From Candidatus Multivoradales bacterium (lineage in GTDB: Bacteria > Acidobacteriota > Thermoanaerobaculia > Multivoradales > Multivoraceae): a DNA stretch of 64,000 bases. Below the pieces are notes generated by a model. It saw only the letters and a program-made list of their open reading frames with translations, did not search any database and was not told the DNA's origin. Made by a program: the position numbers and the translations under genes. The stretch spans positions 4,416,001 to 4,480,000 of the forward strand of contig CBDCWI010000002.1 in the NCBI GenBank assembly GCA_965223325.1, written 5' to 3'. Each line of letters begins with the position of its first letter. The stretch's first letter is position 1. This document shows positions 57,644 to 64,000 of the stretch, piece after piece.

Positions 57644-59037
57644 GATCGCGCGGCGATGCCGCGCCCAGTCGGGGGTAAGTTTTGAGTCGAAGTCGTGGCG
57701 CAGGACCGGGACTCGCCACCGGCCCAACGTGTAGCCCGATTCACAAGATGACAGTTGGTCGATGGCGAGGGTCATCCGCTAGGATTCGGCTCCCTGCAAG
57801 GCATCGATGGTTCCGTGCGATGAGTCATGGCCCATCAACTGAGGTATGTCCCCACCGACGGAAGCGGTTGGGGAGTCGTCGAAGTGACGGTGCGCATCGT
57901 CAACGGATTCTTCCTGTTGGCGCCATCGTCACGCCTGCGCGACCTGCTGATCGGGATCATCGGCCGCGCGCAGCGAAAGACCGAAATCCGGATCCACGCC
58001 CTGGACTACCAGGTCAATCATGCCCACCTTCTGCTGGGCGCTCGCGACGCCCAGCAGCTGGCCGATTTCATGCGGCGCATTCAGCACCAGACGAGTGTGG
58101 AACTACGGATCCTGCGCGGGTGGAAGGGTCCGAAATGGGAAGGGCCCTACAAGACGTCGTTCCCCGGTCACGCGAAGAAGGACCTCTGCCGGCGCTTTCG
58201 CTACATCCTTGCCCAGGGCTGCAAGGTGGGATTGGTGTCTTCACCGCGCAAGTGGCCAGGCGTGTCGGTGGGGGAGGCGCTGTGGTCAGGGACCTTCGAG
58301 CTCGAGGGCACCTGGGTCGATCGTTCGGCGCTTCGTCGTGCCCGTTTCTCGAAAGCCGGTCGTCGTTTGAGCGAAAAGGACTTCTCGAGCCGCGAGACGG
58401 TCGTTTTATCGAAGCTTCCGTGCTTCGAGGACCTCCCTGACGAGGAGTACTTCGACTGGGCCCGCGGGATGATTGTAGAGATCGAGGACGAGACCCGGGT
58501 GCGCCACAAACGGGAGGGAACGAGGCCTCGCGGCGCGTACAAAACGACGCAAGTGAGTCCAATGCGTCGCCCGCGGAAGCTCGATTGGGGGCCGAGGCCT
58601 CGGGTCATCGCGTCGGACTCGTTCGAGCGCAATCGGCTGCTTTCGGTTTTCGATGCGGTGAGGCGAGCGCATCGCGCGGCGCGGGATCTTCTCTGGAGTG
58701 GTGACCTGGAGGCGCGGTTTCCCCCCGGGACTTTTCCAAGCCCGCTGCCCTTTGTGGCCTTGGAAGTGCCTGGGCCGGGTGCACGCGACGGTCCCTGACG
58801 GCCCAGCCCACCGGCGAAGAGGTTGAGGGGGATGCACCGATCGGTGTGTTGGCGGAGCTCCGTTTGTCGGGCGGAGTACCGACGTTCAGGAGTGGCGAAG
58901 GCGAGGTTTCTGCCTTCGTCACCGCCCCTCGAGGTCGGAGAAGAGGGCGATGGAGCGCGCGAAGGCTCGGCGCTTCGTCCAGTCCAGCGTTGCCGTCAAA
59001 ACTTACCCCCGACCGTGCGCGGCATCGCCGCGCGATC
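57644..59037 (+). mobile_element. Family B element, complete
   Basis: GATC-to-GATC with inverted ends. Confidence 0.92.
57827..58798 (+). CDS. tnpA: Family B Y1 HUH transposase, 323 aa
   Basis: NHAHLLL; YILAQ. Confidence 0.88.
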   Translation: MAHQLRYVPTDGSGWGVVEVTVRIVNGFFLLAPSSRLRDLLIGIIGRAQRKTEIRIHALDYQVNHAHLLLGARDAQQLADFMRRIQHQTSVELRILRGWKGPKWEGPYKTSFPGHAKKDLCRRFRYILAQGCKVGLVSSPRKWPGVSVGEALWSGTFELEGTWVDRSALRRARFSKAGRRLSEKDFSSRETVVLSKLPCFEDLPDEEYFDWARGMIVEIEDETRVRHKREGTRPRGAYKTTQVSPMRRPRKLDWGPRPRVIASDSFERNRLLSVFDAVRRAHRAARDLLWSGDLEARFPPGTFPSPLPFVALEVPGPGARDGP

Positions 59038-59142
59038 TGCCATCAAAACTCACCCCCTACCGTGCGCGGCCTCTCGGCGCGCCGCCCAGTACGGCGATGC
59101 CGTCAACCTTACCCCGACCGTGCGCAGCATCGCCGCGCGATC
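59038..59142 (+). repeat. Two extra tandem family B right tips
   Basis: TGCCATCAAAACTCACCCCCTACCGTGCGCGG... and TGCCGTCAACCTTACCCCGACCGTGCGCAGCATCGCCGCGCGATC. Confidence 0.85.
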
Positions 59143-59158
59143 TCATCAGTTCCTGAAT

Positions 59159-61975
59159 TCACCGTGTGGTTCTTGACATCTGCAAGACTTCGGCAACTTC
59201 ATCCCGGCCTTCCAGGCCATTGCCTGCGGGGCAGTCGATCCGGAGGAGCAGATTCTGTTGTCTTCTCAGTCGGGTCTCGGCCCAGGCTAAAACCTCCTCC
59301 TCCTGAGAGAAGAGAATGACCTGGCGTTGGGTGCTCTCCGCTAACAACAGGTCGAGGATGGCCTGAGTCCGGTCAGCATCGGAGTGTACGGTGACGTCGT
59401 CCAAGAAGACCGGCGCTATCTCTTCCGTCGTGACGAGAGTCTCGGCCAGAGCGAGGCGCAACAGTAGGTAGATCTGTTCTGCAGTTCCGTGGGAGAGGTG
59501 TGGTGCCGTCCGCCACTGGCCGTCTGCGTCTTGGGCTTGAATCTCGAGGCTCGCCGGATCGATTCGCGCGTCGACGTAGCGCTCGCTCGTAGCTTTGCCA
59601 ATGTGGCGAGAGATGATGGCCGAGAGCCTGGGCGCGATGTCCCGTTGGATCTCGTCCTTCGCCTCGGCCAGGAAGGTAGCTGTTCTCTCGAGGATCGCAT
59701 CCAGTTCTTCGAGTCGCTCGAGATCGGCACGAGCGGCAGCGTGCTGTTCTTCAGCTTCTGCGACGTCTGGCTTGGCGCTCTCGAACTCCTGGATCTTCCC
59801 CTTCAGCTGTTCCGCTTCGTTCTGGGCTTCCCGGAGCCGCACATCCGAGCGGTCGGCGGCTTCTTGGAGCCTCCCGACGGGTCCCGGTGGGACGGACGGC
59901 CAGGGGAGGGGACCAAGCTCGCGCTCGTAGTCGGCGAGACGCTCTTCGAGCTCCAGAAGGCTCGAGGGCCCGAGAAGGCCGCAAAGTCGCTCGAAGGCTT
60001 CACGGCTTCGGTCGAGCTCCTGGTCCTGCTTGTCGAGCTGGAGGAGCCTGGCTTCGAGCTTCCCCGCCAAGGAATCACCTGGTTCTCCATCGATTCCTAG
60101 TCGTCTTGCCGCTTGCACGAGCTTCTGCTCCAGCCGCATCGCACGTCCCTGTTGTTGCGCGTACGCTTCCTCCTGGCGTCGGCGAAGCTCGAGGTTTTCT
60201 GCGAGGTCGCTCCGGCGGGCGGCAAGGACAGCCAGCTCCCGGTTCGTTCGACATTGCCCGGCGTAGTCCACCGCCAGCTGTCGGAGGTCGAGATCTTCGA
60301 TCCTCGGATCGTCGAGGCCGCGCTGCAGTAGTTCTTTGCGAAGTCCGTGGGCGGCGTCTTCGAAGGCTCGGGAGTACTGCTGCTCCATGAGCTTCCATTT
60401 GTCGTACTGCTCCTGCTGGAGGTGGGTATCGTCGACGGCGGACGCGAGGCGCCGAAGATCCTGTGGGGCCGTGGGGAGCCCGTTCGCTGCCAGGCGTCTC
60501 CTGGCGTCTTCCTGAGCACTCTCTACTTCTGTTCGACGATCTCGTTGCACCTCGAGTCGAGTTGCCAGGGAGCTCGTCCGTTGCTGGCCCGATTGCCCCG
60601 CTAGCAGCAACCATGCGGTAGCTGCACCAGTGAGGAGGCCGGCGATAGCCGATGCTCCGGCTCCAGGGTTTGTTCCAGAGGAAAACAGGACAATCGCTAG
60701 GACAACCAGCGTAGTCGTGAAGCTCGCCATGGCCCACGAGGCTTTGCGCCGCTGAACGCCAGCCTCACGAAGGTCCTCAAGCTGGCGTTCGAGCTCGGAG
60801 TCGACATCAGGCAGTAGCCTCTCGAGACTCTCGGCGTAGACACGCAACTCCGGCCCCGTGGGGAGTCCCGATTCATGGGCCTCGACGGGGGGCCGAAAAG
60901 ACTGGTTGCGGTGTACCTCGAGCTCTCGCTTGCAGGAGTCGTAGGTGGCTAGTGCCGTCTCGACCTCGGGTGCTACCTCGGTGTCTCCCTGGGGTGGGAA
61001 CGGTAGTGAAGCGAGCTCCTGTTCGATGTCTGCGGCAGATGGCCCCGAGTCTGGGGGCACCGGCATCGACCGTCCTCGCCAGGTGGCCAGAACGTCGCTG
61101 ATAGAGCGCCGCTGATCCGAAGTCGAGTCGCCCGTTGGTGGTGCACCATCGGGGAATTGCGACTGGAGGACCCGGATTTCCTGGACCTTCTCCGACAGCG
61201 AAGCGGCCTTCGCAACCAGGACGACTCGTCTGGCCTCGTCGTACGCTCTCTGAAGTCGGACGACGTCCTCTTCGCTCTCGCTCAGATCGTCGAGTAGTTG
61301 CAGAAAGCGCTCGTGTTCGACTCGCGCCATCTCAAGATGGGACTCCGTGCTCCGAAGTTGCTCGACCGCGGCTGGCAGAGGCTTGGAAGACCCGCGCCGC
61401 CTCATGCCGACGTTTTCGGAGCGAAACTCCTTGACGCATCGAAGAGCCGCTTCGGCCGTAGCGTCGGAATTGCCCGCGATCGCCGCCTTCTGCAACTGCT
61501 CTTGAAAGTCTTCCGGATGAGACAAGACCTCGAGGAGTTCCGCCTGTCTGACGCAGACGGTGCCACCGAAGATTTGGCGATTCAAACCGAGGACTCCTGA
61601 GGCGTCGGCTGAACCCTCGAAGATGTACCGACTCGTGAGATCGCGTCCGGTTGCCGCGTCCGTGATCTTGCTTCCCGCCGGATCGGCGAGGTCCTGGAGG
61701 ACCTCCAGGACGTTGCCGTCGTCCAACTCGACAAGGACCAGGACCTTCCAGTCCGCACGGCCCCATGGCTGGTGACGCTGCACCAGGGCTTCATCCGCCC
61801 TTGCTCGTCGTCCACGGGCTCTCTTCATGCCGCAGAGACCAAGTTGGATCGCAGCATGCCAGCTCGACTTCCCTGCTTCGTTTCCACCCCAGATCAGAGT
61901 GAACCCGGGTGCGAGCTCCAGCTCCTGATCCGAGAAAGGGCCGAACGATATAGCGCGTACGGAGAGCACCCTCAT
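59159..61975 (-). CDS. SbcC/Rad50-like (YhaN-type) SMC ATPase with central TM hairpin
   Basis: Walker A GGNEAGKSS, long coiled coil, LSHGTAEQIYLLLRLAL signature, PVFLDD Walker B. Confidence 0.88.
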   Translation of the reverse strand: MRVLSVRAISFGPFSDQELELAPGFTLIWGGNEAGKSSWHAAIQLGLCGMKRARGRRARADEALVQRHQPWGRADWKVLVLVELDDGNVLEVLQDLADPAGSKITDAATGRDLTSRYIFEGSADASGVLGLNRQIFGGTVCVRQAELLEVLSHPEDFQEQLQKAAIAGNSDATAEAALRCVKEFRSENVGMRRRGSSKPLPAAVEQLRSTESHLEMARVEHERFLQLLDDLSESEEDVVRLQRAYDEARRVVLVAKAASLSEKVQEIRVLQSQFPDGAPPTGDSTSDQRRSISDVLATWRGRSMPVPPDSGPSAADIEQELASLPFPPQGDTEVAPEVETALATYDSCKRELEVHRNQSFRPPVEAHESGLPTGPELRVYAESLERLLPDVDSELERQLEDLREAGVQRRKASWAMASFTTTLVVLAIVLFSSGTNPGAGASAIAGLLTGAATAWLLLAGQSGQQRTSSLATRLEVQRDRRTEVESAQEDARRRLAANGLPTAPQDLRRLASAVDDTHLQQEQYDKWKLMEQQYSRAFEDAAHGLRKELLQRGLDDPRIEDLDLRQLAVDYAGQCRTNRELAVLAARRSDLAENLELRRRQEEAYAQQQGRAMRLEQKLVQAARRLGIDGEPGDSLAGKLEARLLQLDKQDQELDRSREAFERLCGLLGPSSLLELEERLADYERELGPLPWPSVPPGPVGRLQEAADRSDVRLREAQNEAEQLKGKIQEFESAKPDVAEAEEQHAAARADLERLEELDAILERTATFLAEAKDEIQRDIAPRLSAIISRHIGKATSERYVDARIDPASLEIQAQDADGQWRTAPHLSHGTAEQIYLLLRLALAETLVTTEEIAPVFLDDVTVHSDADRTQAILDLLLAESTQRQVILFSQEEEVLAWAETRLRRQQNLLLRIDCPAGNGLEGRDEVAEVLQMSRTTR

Positions 61976-63069
61976 GGCGGGGCCTCCAGATCAGAGCGCC
62001 CATCGAGAGCACGTAGGCCGGTGATCAGGATCCGCGCCTTCATGTCCTCCGATAGTTCCTGGTCGGCCCGGACCTTGGAGACGAAGCGGCCTCGAACTGT
62101 GGGTTCCTTCTCGAGGCCATCCAGGTCGTAGCCCGGTTGGAGGCCCTGCGACCGGAGTACGATCTGTTCCACGTCGCCGGTCGGGCTGGATAGGCGCTCG
62201 AGGTTGAGATCTATATGGGCAGACAGTTCACCTTTGAGAGTGACCCGGACGACGCCTTTCAGGTGCCTCAGTTCGCCCGAGATCAGCTCGCGTAGCTCGT
62301 CGCAGTGATTGCACGACGTGAGGTCGATGAAGACATCATGCACCTCCGAGACGGCTACAGAGAATCGCTCCCGCGAGATGACCCCGTCGGAGCCGATCTG
62401 GGCGACTACCATCCCACGGTTCCCTGTCTCCCCGAAGGCGAGGGGGTCTGGGTTGCCTGGGTAGGTGAAAAGGTCCTGGTCGGCCGGAGCGTGGTAGTGG
62501 CCTACGAATGCATGCTGAAAGCCGGCCCTTTCGATGTCGGGGCTTTCGAACGGCGCGTGGGGCGCTTGGGAGGCCGTCGCCGGAACGGAGCTGGAGTCTG
62601 CTCCGTGGAAGAGGGCGACGTGGGTGGAGCCGGGCGGGGTTCTGAAGCCACCGAAGAAGGAATCGCAGCGTGTGGGTCCGGTGAACGCTGCGCCCCAGAG
62701 ACAGAGACCGCCTGCGAGTTCTGTCGACTGAAACTCACCCGTCTTGAAAAGGTGTACGTTCGAAGACCATGAGACCTGATGGTAGAGGCTATTCGGCCCG
62801 TACCAGTCGTGGTTTCCGGGACTGATGTAGATCGGGAGCGGGGTGTCTCCGAAGGAAGTGCGAAGGAACTCTCGAGTATCGGGTGACACGCGGTCGTGCT
62901 CATAGAGATCTCCCGCACACAGGATAGCGTCGACTCGCTGCTCCTGGGCGAGATTCAGGATCCTTCTCAAGCAGGCACGGAGAGCGCCGCGACGACGTTT
63001 CGCCACATCGCGTTTTGCCCAGGCAAAGGGGGAATCGAGATGGAGATCAGCGAAGATGGCGAGTCGCAT
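61972..63069 (-). CDS. SbcD/Mre11-like (YhaO-type) metallophosphoesterase nuclease
   Basis: ADLHLD, AGDLYE, PGNHD, FHG, GHYH, YPGNP. Confidence 0.9.
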   Translation of the reverse strand: MRLAIFADLHLDSPFAWAKRDVAKRRRGALRACLRRILNLAQEQRVDAILCAGDLYEHDRVSPDTREFLRTSFGDTPLPIYISPGNHDWYGPNSLYHQVSWSSNVHLFKTGEFQSTELAGGLCLWGAAFTGPTRCDSFFGGFRTPPGSTHVALFHGADSSSVPATASQAPHAPFESPDIERAGFQHAFVGHYHAPADQDLFTYPGNPDPLAFGETGNRGMVVAQIGSDGVISRERFSVAVSEVHDVFIDLTSCNHCDELRELISGELRHLKGVVRVTLKGELSAHIDLNLERLSSPTGDVEQIVLRSQGLQPGYDLDGLEKEPTVRGRFVSKVRADQELSEDMKARILITGLRALDGRSDLEAPP

Positions 63070-63420
63070 GGGTGTGCTCCACGTCCCTTTGTGATGGGAT
63101 CTGTTCGGAACGAGGGAAAGAGTTTCGCGTAGGAGACATAGTTACCCCCCAAGTGCTGGGTGGTTGATGAGAATGCCGATACGCTGCGCGGCGTGGCACA
63201 GCCGAAACATAGGAACGATCGAGAATCTCGAAGCGAGCCCGAAGCAGTGCTCGAGTTCTCCAGGGCGAGGCAGACGCTCGGGAAAGCGGAGCGGAGCAAC
63301 GGCCATGAGGGCGTTCCTTTGGGAGGAACCGCGCCTTCCTGGTCTGAAGTTGACCAGGGTCATTTGCCCGTAGGAGCTGGGCGTGCTGGAGAGTCTAGGG
63401 AGAGAAAGGCGGGCGGCTGG

Positions 63421-63490
63421 AATAACTAGAAACATTAGAAACATTAGTAATTCTGGAATTACTCGAAACAGATAAAATCTATATGAAAAG
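63421..63490. promoter_or_regulatory. AT-rich patch with TAGAAACAT direct repeat and AGTAATTC-TG-GAATTACT palindrome
   Basis: Read directly; lies upstream of the nuclease/ATPase operon. Confidence 0.4.
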
Positions 63491-63564
63491 AGGGTTGCCG
63501 TCAATCGTTGCGAGATTCGAGGTTCGCGGCGATGGTGGCTGTAGAGGCTGGTCATTGAAGTGGG

Positions 63565-63620
63565 CCGCATGGCTATGAAACATAGGTGCCTGGATCCTCT
63601 CCCGAGGCGAAGCCTCGGGA
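63565..63620 (+). mobile_element. Family A solo end in right-end orientation
   Basis: CGCATGGCTATGAAACATAGGTGCCTGGA...CCCGAGGCGAAGCCTCGGG. Confidence 0.85.
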
Positions 63621-63796
63621 AGCACGAGAGCCTCGACGTGACCTGGCCGAACTGAGGGAGTGCCGCGGTTGCCAGCGAAGCGAAGTACTACGCCAGCGGG
63701 CCCCTTCAGAGTCTCGAGCTCGGAAGCGGCCTCGACGAACTCCGCAACTACGATGAGCGCTACTACCCGGCCAGGATTCGAGTGGGGACCGATCCT
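63621..63796 (+). pseudogene. Internal RHS/YD-repeat fragment between two A hairpins
   Basis: VASEAKYYASGPLQSLELGSGLDELRNYDERYYPARIRVG resembles RHS core repeats (Y..xGPL.SL.LG.G..E.R.YD.RY). Confidence 0.65.
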
Positions 63797-64000
63797 CGCC
63801 GAGGCTTCGCCTCGCCTCGGCGACGTTCCAGGCACCTATGTTTCACTGCCATGCGAGGGTTCACGCCCCCGCCAAGGCTTCGCCTCGGCGATGTTCCAGG
63901 CACCTATGATTCACAGCCATGCGAGGTTCACGCGCCTGCCGAGATTCACGAGTGTCAGCGGCCATCAGAAAGTGAGCCACCCCGCCTTCAGCGGCGTTAG
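63797..64000 (+). mobile_element. Two tandem family A left ends; the second runs to the window edge
   Basis: CGCCGAGGCTTCGCCTC...GTTCCAGGCACCTATG at 63797 and again at 63870. Confidence 0.85.

Noticed and set aside
44884-59142. IS605/IS607-type TnpB or IscB RNA-guided nuclease, or DDE transposase in A/B elements
   Set aside because: Each element has one ORF with HUH and Tyr motifs; I saw no RuvC or DDE motifs
23661-64000. CRISPR array or classical integron
   Set aside because: No regular repeat-spacer period, no cas genes, no tyrosine integrase, and no attC-type sites recognised; the repeats are element ends
1-64000. tRNA, rRNA, prophage or reverse-transcriptase systems
   Set aside because: None recognised by eye; a covariance-model scan was not possible

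Overview
High-GC bacterial DNA, probably Acidobacteriota or similar. That is an inference from an Oar-type TonB receptor, kinase/PD40 proteins and C-terminal 'DGFES' motifs. Positions 1-23.6 kb are ordinary chromosome: isoprenoid synthase, DtxR regulator, TonB receptor, RluA, serine hydrolases, a VTC/DUF4956 cluster, DUF885, an AAA ATPase and a CPBP protease. From ~23.6 kb to the window end lies a ~40-kb mosaic organised by two families of HUH/Y1 (RAYT/IS200-like) transposase elements. Family A (~1.5 kb, 332 aa) ends in ~60-bp imperfect inverted repeats capped by a CCGAGGC-GAA-GCCTCGG hairpin. Family B (~1.4 kb, 323 aa) ends in ~41-bp inverted repeats starting GATC plus a GCGCGGC-GAT-GCCGCGC hairpin. 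I count 3 full A copies, 3 full B copies, 2 B 3' halves and about 15 solo ends; all assignable ones share one polarity. Between them are intact cargo genes (Ser/Thr kinase, Fic, VapBC, adhesin-like protein, NTase-fold polymorphic toxin plus immunity, GmrSD-like DUF262, methyltransferase, secreted proteins, SbcCD-like pair) and gene fragments cut at element ends (RHS pieces, toxin tip, resolvase, IS3, IS256, kinase tail). No interrupted gene resumes across an element. The region looks like an HUH-transposase-built, integron-like gene capture and shuffling array. All calls are from motif reading by eye; no searches were run, and assembly artefacts in repeats need excluding.
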